From Pelagomonas calceolata (Eukaryota), in NCBI GenBank assembly GCA_918797485.1, contig CAKKNE010000001.1, positions 1,240,001-1,304,000 of the forward strand: a stretch of 64,000 nt of DNA. The letters run 5' to 3'. A model generated the notes under the pieces. It did no database searches. It was given only the letters and a program-made list of their open reading frames with translations, and was not told the origin of the DNA. Positions 42,398 to 51,920 of the stretch are shown here, in pieces. The position numbers and the translations under genes are program-made. Positions within the stretch are counted from its first letter, which is position 1. Every line of letters begins with the position of its first letter.

Positions 42398-42606
42398 TTT
42401 TGTTCCTTTCGCTGCGTAAGTGGGGGGGTTTCGTGTACTTTCTTTCTGACTGCGTGCGCGTCGATGGCGCAACGCCCGGCCGCGACGTACTTTTACTTTG
42501 TCAGGCTCAGGCTCAGGCTTGTCAGGCTCAGGCTAATTCGTCGCGGGGTCCCCCGTACCCATCTATTGTTACGGTGCTAGGACTAGGGCTCCCGTACCCC
42601 TCTTTG

Positions 42607-42637
42607 TTTTGCTAGTGCCTTTACGACGCTAGCAAAA
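42607..42637 (+). promoter_or_regulatory. GCTAG-box element, variant with extended hairpin
   Basis: TTTTGCTAGTGCCTTTACGACGCTAGCAAAA upstream of the HAD gene. Confidence 0.65.
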
Positions 42638-42861
42638 CCATCTCCGGCTTTTGTGTCGGCCTTTTTGTAAGGCGAGAGCACGCACATGCAGGGTTACGTA
42701 CCTGCAAGGCTTTGATATCAGTGAGTTTCCTTGCTCCGTAACCAAAAAACTGCTGCGTGCCGCTGGCGGCGAGCTATCCGACTGGGAGAGGTATCTCCTA
42801 GCTGCGAAATTGGTCGTTGGCGGCGAGCGAGCTGGCGAAAGCCGTAGCTCGGCGCGCAGCG

Positions 42862-43404
42862 ATGCCTCGAGGCTTAGCCATCTTCGACTTCGACTGCACC
42901 TTAACCAAATTCCATGTGTGGGGCCGCTTCCGCAAGGCGCCTCTCCCGGAAGTATTGATCGACGCGGACACCTTCGTAGATTTGCCGGCCTTCAAGGCCT
43001 TTGTACAGAAAGCCCGATCCAATGATTTGGAGGTCGCCATCGCGACGTTCGGGCGGCGGGACGTCGTGAATAAAGCTTTGGAGTTTGCCCTCGGTGAAAG
43101 GCACGACATTACTATTTCCACACCAGCAGATCATGTCGACCCGCGCTACGACTTTCCGAATCCCATGGAGGACGAGCCGCCGCGGTGCGCGGAGGGTTCG
43201 GATATTCTGGGGGACAAGAACGCGCAAATTGCAGCTTTGTGTGAGAGGTTTGGAGTGTCGGTGGAAGACGCTTCCTTGGCCGACGACGACCCGAACAACG
43301 TCCAGAAGGCCGTGGATTCGGGCATTGGCTACGTCGAGCACGCGGTGCGCGGCGCGGACGCGGCTTGTTTGGAGCGGATCCTGCGGCACTTCGGCGCCGC
43401 CTAG
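42862..43404 (+). CDS. HAD-superfamily phosphatase-like protein
   Basis: IFDFDCT (motif I), IATFG (II), DKN (III), LADDDPNN (IV). Confidence 0.82.
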   Translation: MPRGLAIFDFDCTLTKFHVWGRFRKAPLPEVLIDADTFVDLPAFKAFVQKARSNDLEVAIATFGRRDVVNKALEFALGERHDITISTPADHVDPRYDFPNPMEDEPPRCAEGSDILGDKNAQIAALCERFGVSVEDASLADDDPNNVQKAVDSGIGYVEHAVRGADAACLERILRHFGAA

Positions 43405-43778
43405 TGCTCCGGCCGCCTAGTCTTTTTTACGGGACCATATCCCGTCAGCGCGCGTATGCTGGTGTAAATAATAGGCTTAAATTGGTTTACGAGCTTGTAG
43501 TGCCGGTCACGAGTGTCTGTTTTGAGATCCGTGCGGCGTATTTGACCTCCTGGCGTGAGTGCCGTATAACACATCCCGACGACGGGATATGTTAACGGTG
43601 GGAGCACTGGCGTCGAGCCGTCCCGGTCTCTACGGCGTTGCATCGCACATACAAGCTCGTAGCGCACCGCGCGTCGCCGATTCATCGGCGGCGGGCGCGT
43701 GCCGCGTTTTTCATAATTAATAGCATACCTCCTTCTAAGCCGAACCGCCCCGGGAACTCCCTCCAAACAAGGTGCCAA

Positions 43779-43798
43779 GCTAGCTGTAAGACACTAGC
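43779..43798 (-). promoter_or_regulatory. GCTAG-box element (1-nt spacer)
   Basis: Reverse complement GCTAGTGTCTTACAGCTAGC, about 70 bp upstream of ATG 43869. Confidence 0.75.
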
Positions 43799-43868
43799 CC
43801 TTCAGGTTTGAGCTCCCCCAGTTGGGGCACCGTCCTCGGCCGCCGTGCCCTTTGTGTGTCGCAGGCTC

Positions 43869-46274
43869 ATGTCGGAGGTAGATGACGAGTCGCTCTACTC
43901 GTTCGGGAGCGGGCAGCCCGATGATACGAGAGCAGCGGACAGTACCAGCTACTCGACGGAATGGGCCCCGCTGCCCGCAAGCGGCGGCGCCTCGCCCCGC
44001 GCGCGCTCGCCGCGCTCCGACGGGGCCTCGACGACCGCCGCGCTGTCCTTTTCGACGGCGGCGGTCTCCGCCGACGCCGCGCTCGACGACGTGGATGAAG
44101 TCGAGAGCGTCGCGGCGCCCGGCGACGACGAGCCGCCGCCGGTAGAAGAGGAGGAGGAGGAGGACATCCTCGATCGCCTGCGGCGCGGGGCGGCGGCGAT
44201 CCAGGCGCGGCGCGGCGCGGACGACGCGGCCGACGACGCGGTCGATGCGCCTGTAGACGAAGAGCCAGCGGAGGAGGCGGGGGAGGAGGACATCCTCGAC
44301 CGGCTGCGCCGCGAGCAGGCGCCGCTCCAGGCGCGCTCCCCAGCGGACGACGCGGGCGACGCGCTGCTCACCGTCGCGCACCTCGGCAACTGGTCGGGCG
44401 CCGCGGACGAGGCGGCGCCGCCGGCGTCTCAGAGCCCGCGCGCCGACGACGCGGCCTCGCTCTCCGACGACGGCACCGGGGCGTCGGCCTCCTACTCGGC
44501 GGACTTCCTGCCGGAGCCGGACCGCGCCGACGACGCGCCCCCGTCCGACGACGGCCGCGAGGAGACGCCGGCGCAGAGCCCGCGCGCGAGCGACTACTCC
44601 GACGACTTCGCGCCCGCCGCCGGCGGCTTTCAAACGCCGGCGCTGCTCACGGTCGCGGACCTCGGCGACTGGTCGGGCGCCGCCGAGGACGCGGCGCCGG
44701 CGCCCCAGCCGCCATCGTCACCTTCAGAAGCCTCGGAAGCCTCGGAGGCGGCCGCGGCGCAGGCGCGCCGCTGGTCCATCGGCGAGGACGCGGCGTCGTC
44801 GTCGTCGTCGCGTGACAAGACGCCCCCGGCGACGCCGCCGCGCGACGACTCATCCTACGAGGACGACTTCGCGCCGGATACCGCCTCCCCACGCATCTCC
44901 CAAGAAGGGGACGAGGAGCCGCGGAGCCCGGGCACGACGGGCCTCGCCGTCGGCACGCTCGTCGAGGCGATCTACGGCGACACGGACGAGTGGTTTCCGG
45001 GAACTATAGAGGCGGCCAACGCCGACGGCACCTACGCGGTCGCCTACGACGACGGCGACCGCGAGCCGCGCGTCGACGCCGCCTTCGTGCGCGTCGTCCT
45101 CCACGGCGGCGCATCGTCGTCGTCGTCGTCGGGGAGCTCCTACGCGACGACGAGCGACGACGAAGCCTCCGGAGCCTACGCGACGACGACGAGCGGCGAC
45201 GAGGACGAAGAGGTCTCGGCCTCGGCCGCGTCGTCGGCGTCGAGCCCGCGGCGAGCCGATTCGGAGTACTCGGAGGACTTCGCCGCCGACGACGACGCCG
45301 CGCGGCCCATCGACGAGGTCGTGCTCGGCGCGCAGCGCGTCGGTCCCCGCGCGCCGGCGGCGACGCGCGACGACGCGGCGGCAGCGGCGGCCTCGGCGGC
45401 GGCGACGCAGCGGGCGCTCGCGCGCGTCGAGGCGTCCTACGAGAATGACGACTTCGAGCTCCCGGACGCGCCGGACTTCGTCCGGCAGCTTGCGATTGGC
45501 GTCGGGCAACGAATCGGCACGGGGCGTATGCCTCCCGCGCCGCCGCCTGAGCGACGTGTTGCCCTCGACGCGCGGACGACCCGCAGCTTGGCGGCGCGCG
45601 TGCGCGAGCGGCAGGTGCCGGAACCCGTCTGCCGCTACGCACGCCGCGTCGCGGCCCAGCTGCGCGGGGAGCGGCGGCCACGGCGCGCCGCACCGCGGGC
45701 GGCGCGGTCACGTTTCCACGCGACGCCGGCGGCGCTCGACCGCGTCAAGATCAAAGCCTCGCTGGCGCTGCTGCGGACGACGCACGACCGCGTGAACAGC
45801 GAGGCGCTCGCGGCCTTCGAGGCGTCGCTGCCGGGCGGGCCCATCCGCGAGGACGACCCGGCCACTAAGCAGAGGCGCCTGGCGGGCCGCCTACGAGCCG
45901 ACGCGGCGCAGAGGTATGTGGAATCGGACGAGTTCTACGCGCGGAGCGCTTTGTTAGGCGACGGCTTCGCAATGCTAGGGGAGTCCATGGCCGAAGCCAC
46001 GGCCGAACACCGGCGCCGGACCGAGGAGCGCGACGCATCGAGAGCGCTGTCGATCACGAGGAATTCTTCGAGCCCGCTCGACGAGGCCGTCGCGACGATG
46101 GACGAGACGCGGGAGAACGTCGCATCCTACATGGCCGACGTCGCCGCGGACCCGAAGCGGGCGGCGTTCCGCGACGAGGTCCTGCGCATGCTGCACCGCG
46201 GAGAGGAGCTGCGGGACTTCGGGTTGGCGCCGTACCGGCTGGGGGCGACGGTGCCGGGGGTGTTTGTCTCCTGA
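43869..46274 (+). CDS. Acidic low-complexity protein with a Tudor-like domain and internal repeats
   Basis: LAVGTLVEAIYG..EWFPGTIE..NADGTYAVAYDDGDRE..V; repeats EEDILDRLRR x2, ALLTVAxLGxWSGAA x2, several Y(S/E)xDF. Confidence 0.75.
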   Translation: MSEVDDESLYSFGSGQPDDTRAADSTSYSTEWAPLPASGGASPRARSPRSDGASTTAALSFSTAAVSADAALDDVDEVESVAAPGDDEPPPVEEEEEEDILDRLRRGAAAIQARRGADDAADDAVDAPVDEEPAEEAGEEDILDRLRREQAPLQARSPADDAGDALLTVAHLGNWSGAADEAAPPASQSPRADDAASLSDDGTGASASYSADFLPEPDRADDAPPSDDGREETPAQSPRASDYSDDFAPAAGGFQTPALLTVADLGDWSGAAEDAAPAPQPPSSPSEASEASEAAAAQARRWSIGEDAASSSSSRDKTPPATPPRDDSSYEDDFAPDTASPRISQEGDEEPRSPGTTGLAVGTLVEAIYGDTDEWFPGTIEAANADGTYAVAYDDGDREPRVDAAFVRVVLHGGASSSSSSGSSYATTSDDEASGAYATTTSGDEDEEVSASAASSASSPRRADSEYSEDFAADDDAARPIDEVVLGAQRVGPRAPAATRDDAAAAAASAAATQRALARVEASYENDDFELPDAPDFVRQLAIGVGQRIGTGRMPPAPPPERRVALDARTTRSLAARVRERQVPEPVCRYARRVAAQLRGERRPRRAAPRAARSRFHATPAALDRVKIKASLALLRTTHDRVNSEALAAFEASLPGGPIREDDPATKQRRLAGRLRADAAQRYVESDEFYARSALLGDGFAMLGESMAEATAEHRRRTEERDASRALSITRNSSSPLDEAVATMDETRENVASYMADVAADPKRAAFRDEVLRMLHRGEELRDFGLAPYRLGATVPGVFVS

Positions 46275-46463
46275 TTTTAATACAATGTCATACTTACCAA
46301 GTTCACCAACCCCGGGGGTCCCGGCCCTCGGCCTCGTTGCGGCGTCGTATATTTTCGATCATTCGCTCATGATCTTCAAATGTAACTTCGCCGCGCTCGT
46401 CCCGCGGCAATGCCCGGAGATCTTCAATGGGAACTATAGGCGCCTCCCGGAAGCGACGCTCAC

Positions 46464-47378
46464 TCAGCTTCGCCAGGCTGCCGGCGTGCGGCCATCGCGC
46501 CTTAAAGATGCAATTACGACGGCCTGCGTCCGCGGCCCATTCAATTCCCACTTCTCGGTCCGCCAGCAGAACTCCTCCGCCGAGGCCGGCACCTTAATTC
46601 CTTCATGCATTCCTGAGGTACCAGTCTCCATCCACCGAGCAAAGTCCGTCGCGGTGGAATCCCGAACTAGTTTGAACCGGGCGGGGTCGAACACGGACGG
46701 GTCGTCTTCGGGATACCGCGCCAGAGCCGGGTTATCCCGAAGCGGGTTCAGCGAGAGACAGTGCTGGCGGCACGAGTGTTTCACGCCCGCGCGAAAGCAC
46801 TTCTCGCAGAGGTCGTATCCAGGGTTTTCGGGACAACGGGTGCACTGATAGCGCAGGCCGACGAGCAAGGTACCCGTGAATCCTTTTCCTCCAGTTTGCA
46901 TTGAGACCATATGATGTTGCATCAGGTGCTCGCGAGCGCTCATGGTGGAGCACGAATCGCACCAGAAGCCCTCGTGCACTTCGTCCGGCTCGCTCGTCTC
47001 ATACGGGCCGCGCTCCAGGCGCACGTTGACTCGTCGCACGCTCTTGGGCTTCAGTTCGCCGTCCAAACGCACGCCGACGCGGTCTTCGGCGGTTTTGCTC
47101 TTCACAACGGTGCCGTGGCGCAGGTTCAGCAAGTCCGCTTTCAGACCGTGGAGCACGACGCGCGTGCCGACGGTGAACAACGCCGCCCAGACCTCCGACC
47201 GCGCCTCGGCGGCCGCGCGGTGGCAGCACGCCATTCGCTTGACCAGCGAACCGCTGTCGCCGGCGAATTGACAGCACAGCGCGAGCACTGGAGGTGGGAG
47301 GCCACCGATGAGTTCTCCGGGGTTGCCGTCCAGCTGCGTCGCCGACAGTGCGTTCGAGAGTTGATCGGCCAACGCCAT
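46464..47378 (-). CDS. ZZ-type zinc-finger protein with F-box-like N-terminus and SH3-like segment
   Basis: LPPPVLALCCQF; VGTRVVLHGL...LN..HGTV...RVGVRLD; HEGFWCDSC...RYQCTRC...YDLCEKC...H; the true C-terminus may continue in ORF 46303..46551. Confidence 0.72.
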   Translation of the reverse strand: MALADQLSNALSATQLDGNPGELIGGLPPPVLALCCQFAGDSGSLVKRMACCHRAAAEARSEVWAALFTVGTRVVLHGLKADLLNLRHGTVVKSKTAEDRVGVRLDGELKPKSVRRVNVRLERGPYETSEPDEVHEGFWCDSCSTMSAREHLMQHHMVSMQTGGKGFTGTLLVGLRYQCTRCPENPGYDLCEKCFRAGVKHSCRQHCLSLNPLRDNPALARYPEDDPSVFDPARFKLVRDSTATDFARWMETGTSGMHEGIKVPASAEEFCWRTEKWELNGPRTQAVVIASLRRDGRTPAAWRS

Positions 47379-47438
47379 GTCCAATAAAATTATCTACAGA
47401 CGCAGTCGCGCGCCTAGCAAAGGAGGGGCAAGAGGCTG

Positions 47439-47463
47439 GCTAGCGTATAACAGACACACTAGG
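47439..47463 (-). promoter_or_regulatory. GCTAG-box element, variant
   Basis: Reverse complement CCTAGTGTGTCTGTTATACGCTAGC between divergent genes. Confidence 0.6.
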
Positions 47464-47581
47464 ATTCGTGCGGATGGTCGTCTGGTGCAAGGCATTCTTG
47501 CTCTCTGGTCAATCACGCTGCCCAATACGGCTCGATAGCACGCATCAGCCGCGCCCGTGTGGCGCGCATAATGCAGCATCA

Positions 47582-49138
47582 ATGGTGAAGGGGCTCGAGC
47601 TCGTGGAAGAGGTCGAGGCTGCCGCAGCCCCATCTCCAAGCGATGCGCTGCTGGAGCTAGCGGGACTACGCACCGCCACGCGACTCACGCAACTCACCTA
47701 CGAATGCGACGCGGGCAGAGTGATCGTGTCGGAGTATGTTGCGCTGAAACACCAGCGCGATGACGCTGCCGACGTGTGCAGGATTTGCCACGGACCGGGC
47801 ACGGTGCGGCCCGCCGACGCCGACGACGAGACCGGCGCGCGGCTGCTGCGCGACACGTGCCGCTGCCGCGGCTCGATCGGCCGCGTCCACGAGGAATGTC
47901 TCGTGCGATGGTACGAGACAGCGGGACTGCCGCCAGATCCGCGGTGTCCAACATGCAGAGGCCCATTCCGCAATGAAGGCGGGCTTGTGCTGTCGCGGCG
48001 GCTGGTTGCGCACCGTCGATCCCAAGCGGCGCAGCGCACGACGCCGGAGACGCCTACGGATCTCGCGCGGCGCCGCCACGCCGAGATTACGCAGGCCACA
48101 GATCTCTGGAGCCGCTGCGACTACAAGGGCGCGAAGAAAGCATTCGAGGCCGCCCTCGATGAGATACGGCGATCCCACGGCGGCGACGACGCCAAGCTGC
48201 GGGGCGATATCTACTACGTGACTGCGACGCTAAATTTGGCCCTCGTCGAGCTGGCGATGGGACACCTTGACGCAGCCGAGCGAGGAGCGCGGTGGGCGCA
48301 GGAGGCGTTGTCGGGGTCGGACCAAGAACTGAGAGCGACACACAACCTCGCATTGATATTGGACGAGCGCGGCCTCGTTGCCGAGGCGGCGGCCCTCTAC
48401 GAGGACGTCCACTCGACACGCCGCGAGCAATTGGGCGCGGCGCATCCCGATAGCCTACGGACGGCATGTAACTTAGGGCGGTGCTATAACCGACTCGGGA
48501 ACACCGACGCTGCCGTCGCCCTGCTGACGGAGACGCGGTCCGCGGCGCTAGCTTCGCTGGGCGACGCCGACGAGCTGACGCTGGCGGCGTCTCACAACTT
48601 ATCTGAGACACGCGCGGCCCGTGGGGAATTTGCCGAAGCGCGAACCCTGGCGCTAGCGTCGCTGGACGCCCGCCGACGTGTCTGCGGCGAGCAGCACATC
48701 CACACGCTCCGGTCGACCCTCGATCTCGCTCGCTTGCTTCGAGCCGACCCCGCGGGCGCCGACGACGAGGCCATACAACTCTGTGCGTCGGCGGCGACCG
48801 GCCTCGAGAAACTTCTCGGCAGAGACCACTCCCAGACCACCCGGGCGCGGAACCTACTTGAGCAGTGGCGCGGGGCGCCGCCACCAGCGGCCCCGACCGC
48901 GCACGTGGACGACGGCCGCGAGCGCATTGCCTTGCTCGAGGCGCTGGACGTCGCCGGCGAGCGGAAGCACGCTGTGCTGGACGCGCTCGTCGCGGTGCTG
49001 CGCGAGAGAGGCGTCGCCGCACTCGTCGCGCCGCTCGCACAAAACGACGCGCTCCGTAGCGACCGGACCTGGGACGCCGTGATCGGCGTCGCCGACCTCG
49101 ACGGTGGGACGCGGTTCGCGCACCGGCTGAATATCTAG
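47582..49138 (+). CDS. RINGv (MARCH-type) + TPR protein
   Basis: CRICH...CRCRGSIGRVHEECLVRW...CPTC; TPR ends LGAAHPDSL, CGEQHIHTL, LGRDHSQT. Confidence 0.85.
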   Translation: MVKGLELVEEVEAAAAPSPSDALLELAGLRTATRLTQLTYECDAGRVIVSEYVALKHQRDDAADVCRICHGPGTVRPADADDETGARLLRDTCRCRGSIGRVHEECLVRWYETAGLPPDPRCPTCRGPFRNEGGLVLSRRLVAHRRSQAAQRTTPETPTDLARRRHAEITQATDLWSRCDYKGAKKAFEAALDEIRRSHGGDDAKLRGDIYYVTATLNLALVELAMGHLDAAERGARWAQEALSGSDQELRATHNLALILDERGLVAEAAALYEDVHSTRREQLGAAHPDSLRTACNLGRCYNRLGNTDAAVALLTETRSAALASLGDADELTLAASHNLSETRAARGEFAEARTLALASLDARRRVCGEQHIHTLRSTLDLARLLRADPAGADDEAIQLCASAATGLEKLLGRDHSQTTRARNLLEQWRGAPPPAAPTAHVDDGRERIALLEALDVAGERKHAVLDALVAVLRERGVAALVAPLAQNDALRSDRTWDAVIGVADLDGGTRFAHRLNI

Positions 49139-49160
49139 ACTAATGTTTGTTTACAAGTGA

Positions 49161-49463
49161 TCATCGCCCCGCGCCGCCGACCGGGTCGATCACAGACTCG
49201 GCGGCGTCCTCGAAGGCCCGCGAGGCCTCGGCGTCCATGACGGACTGCGCCGCGGGGTACAGCTGCCCGACGATGCGCTGCCGCCGCAGGACCTCGAGCG
49301 CGTCCTTGCCCTCTTGCAAAGCGGTGGCGGCTTCGGAACCGGATAAAGCAGCGTTGCGGCGGAAGTCCTCGCGCACGCGGCGGATCGCGTAGTTCCTAAA
49401 GTTGTACTGGTCCACCTGGGCGGCCTCGCGCAGCATCGTTCTGAAGAGGCTGCGGGCGGCCAT
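49161..49463 (-). CDS. LYRM4: LYR-motif protein 4 (ISD11)
   Basis: SLFRTMLREA...YNFRNYAIRRVREDFR...LEVLRRQ.IVGQLY. Confidence 0.9.
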   Translation of the reverse strand: MAARSLFRTMLREAAQVDQYNFRNYAIRRVREDFRRNAALSGSEAATALQEGKDALEVLRRQRIVGQLYPAAQSVMDAEASRAFEDAAESVIDPVGGAGR

Positions 49464-49668
49464 GGTTTCGATTCGCGCACCAGCGCCGAGCGACGCGCTG
49501 GTGGCGTTTTGTGAGACACCTGACACGCTGGCGTGCAAACGACTCGCAGAGTGTCGCGCTGTCGCCCTGACAGTGTTCAGAGTGACAAATGATAGCCGAA
49601 TGCGTCCCCGGGTGTACACGCAGGCCCAGGACGAGCGCTGCGCAGCGATTTTGGTCGAGCTGAGAATT

Positions 49669-49692
49669 TCTAGTGTCTTACAGGCCGCTAGC
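49669..49692 (+). promoter_or_regulatory. GCTAG-box element
   Basis: TCTAGTGTCTTACAGGCCGCTAGC between divergent LYRM4 and ERGIC3. Confidence 0.78.
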
Positions 49693-49862
49693 TGCGCCGG
49701 CGCCGGGCCGACATTTCCTTGGCTTGCAACGCGGCGCCAGTTTCGTCGTCAGCACAAGCTAAAGCTGCTATTTCTTGCGCCGCAGAACTGCCGCTACCTC
49801 TCGCTCCGGTGCGGCTGGCAAGCCCTTGGCCTAGGACCGACAGCATAGCAGCCGCCGCAGCC

Positions 49863-51225
49863 ATGGCCGCGCTCGAAAAACTACGAGAGCTCGACATGTA
49901 CCCCAAGACGAGGGACGAGTTTAGGGTACGGACGTCACAAGGCGGCGCGGCCACGGTAGTAGCATGTCTGGTCGCGATTTGGCTCGTGCGCACGGAGTTC
50001 TCCCATACTTTGGGAGTGGAGACGCGAGACCGATTGTATGTGAACTCGTCTCACGGCAACGGCTTGCGAGTCTCACTTGATTTAGAATTCCCGCACGCGT
50101 CCTGCGAGCTTTTAGCTGTGGACGCGAACGACGACGGCGGTAGGTCCCTGGAAGCCGTGCAGCACATCACGAAGACGAGGCTAGATCAACGAGGACGGCC
50201 CCTACCCGCTAGGCGTGCGGCATCCATAAAACAGCAAGTCGGCAACACGGCCACGCACGAAGATCACATCTCGGCGGATGAAGAAGTGAAGTCCGAAGAC
50301 TGCGGCGACTGTTACGGTGCGGAGGACGACGAGCAGCCCTGCTGCAACACGTGCGAGGAGGTCCAGAACGCCTACAGGAGGCGGGGCTGGACGTTCAAGC
50401 CCGAGACTGCGGTTCAGTGCACGGGTAAAAACGCGTATGATGCGTTGGACAAGGGCGCCAAAGGTGTTTCTGAGGGGTGTCGGATTGCCGGGACTTTGGA
50501 TTTGCCCGCGGTCGCCGGGAACTTTCATGTGGCGCCGGGGAGGCACCTCAAGCAGGCAAACGCGTTTCAAGGTTTAGATGTTGTGTTGTTGACTTTCGAG
50601 CAGTTCAACGTGAGCCACACGGTGAATAAAATAGCCTTCGGTCCCGAGCACCACGACGAGCCCGACTCCGTGGGTAGGGAGGACTCCCGTACGTACAGGA
50701 GGAAGAAGCGAAGAAGGGGGCCGCCTCCCTTGTTAGCTAATCTCACGTCGCAGTTGGACGGCCAGAAGCGTTACATAACGGACGGCTACGGCATGCGCCT
50801 GTGTGGAAATCAACCCGTGTGTCGGGTGCATCGTCACGCCATCGAGCAGGCGTCGCGTCGATGGCGTGGAGGTGAACGCGCCGTAAAATTTTGATTTCTA
50901 CACAGGCATGCATCAATATTATGTAAAGGTCGTGCCGACCGTCTACTCCTATCTAGATGGTTCTACGAGGGAAGTATGGCAGTACTCGGTCACGGAGCAC
51001 GTGCGCCACGTCACGCCCGGAAGTGGACGGGGCCTGCCGGGCGTCTTCTTCTTCTACGAGGTGTCTCCGCTCGTCGCGGAGTTCGAAGAACGGCGGCAGG
51101 GCTGGCGCGCGCTGCTGACCGGCTTGGCGGCTATCGTGGGAGGCGTCCACGCGACGGCGGCATTGGTGGACCGGACGCTCGCCGCTTTATTGGCGAAGCA
51201 TTCGAGTAGGGGGCTAACTCATTAA
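49863..51225 (+). CDS. ERGIC3: ER-Golgi intermediate compartment protein 3 (Erv46); exons 49863-50790 and 50906-51225
   Basis: LDMYPKT, CGDCYGA..CCNTCEEV..AY...GW, EGC...GNFHVAPG, G/MHQYYVKVVPT, LPGVFFFYEVSP, AIVGG. Confidence 0.94.
50791..50913 (+). mobile_element. Introner element (50799-50905) with 14/15 TIR and 6/8 TSD; GC-AG intron 50791-50905
   Basis: GCATGCGC-[CTGTGTGGAAATCAA...CACGCCATCGA...TCGATGGCGTG...TTGATTTCTACACAG]-GCATGCAT; join gives DGYG/MHQYY. Confidence 0.9.
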
Positions 51226-51920
51226 TCCTTCTTACGCCGTATCGCGCGGTGCCGCGCGGCCATGAGCCGTGCGATCTTGTGTCCACAAATGCTCTTGACC
51301 CGCCCCAGCACGAACTGCAGGAGCATCGGCGCCACGTTGATCGAGTAGCCGCTCGTCGCGCCCATCGCCATCGCCGGGTCCACGCCGAGCGACGGGATTG
51401 GTATGGTGAAGTTTCGGATGCTTGAATTTCTAGGTGCCACCCACGAAATGATCACCGAGAGGCGCACCCAGCACAGGAGCAAGTCGATGACGCCGGTGAT
51501 CAGCACCAGGATCGCTGAGAAGAGGGACCCGCACTCGACGGCGTACCTTGCCAAGTGTTTTTTCTCCTCGACGCCGTCGACGAAGGCGTGCCTTGCGGAC
51601 TGTGTTGCTGCTAAAATAGGCTCGCCGAAGATGAGAGCGACGAGGAGCATACCGGCGACTTTCAAAGCCAGCCAAATCCGCTGCGAGTTCAGCGCGTCCC
51701 GTTTTTTCTGTTCTTCTGCTCGTAAAATAGGGGCGGCAAGTGCGATCACGTCGCTCTTTTCCAATGCGACGCCCTTCGGCAGCTCGTCGAGCGCCCCAAG
51801 ATCTCTCAAAAGCCACCGGAGCTGCTTGATGGACATGGCGTGCAAGCGGTCGTCGATGGCGTCGGATTGCGCAGTCCGCATGCAGCACATCGCAGCGATG
51901 AGTGCGAGGCGGCGCAGCAT
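51222..51920 (-). CDS. Hypothetical membrane protein with signal peptide
   Basis: 232-aa ORF with signal peptide, SAP/HeH-like MSIKQLR..L..LG....EKSD and 2-3 TM segments. Confidence 0.7.
   Translation of the reverse strand: MLRRLALIAAMCCMRTAQSDAIDDRLHAMSIKQLRWLLRDLGALDELPKGVALEKSDVIALAAPILRAEEQKKRDALNSQRIWLALKVAGMLLVALIFGEPILAATQSARHAFVDGVEEKKHLARYAVECGSLFSAILVLITGVIDLLLCWVRLSVIISWVAPRNSSIRNFTIPIPSLGVDPAMAMGATSGYSINVAPMLLQFVLGRVKSICGHKIARLMAARHRAIRRKKD

Noticed and set aside
43401..43778. 125-aa minus-strand ORF beside the 43779 GCTAG box
   Set aside because: Non-ATG start, atypical codon usage, no motif; cannot be supported, although a divergent non-coding transcript is not excluded
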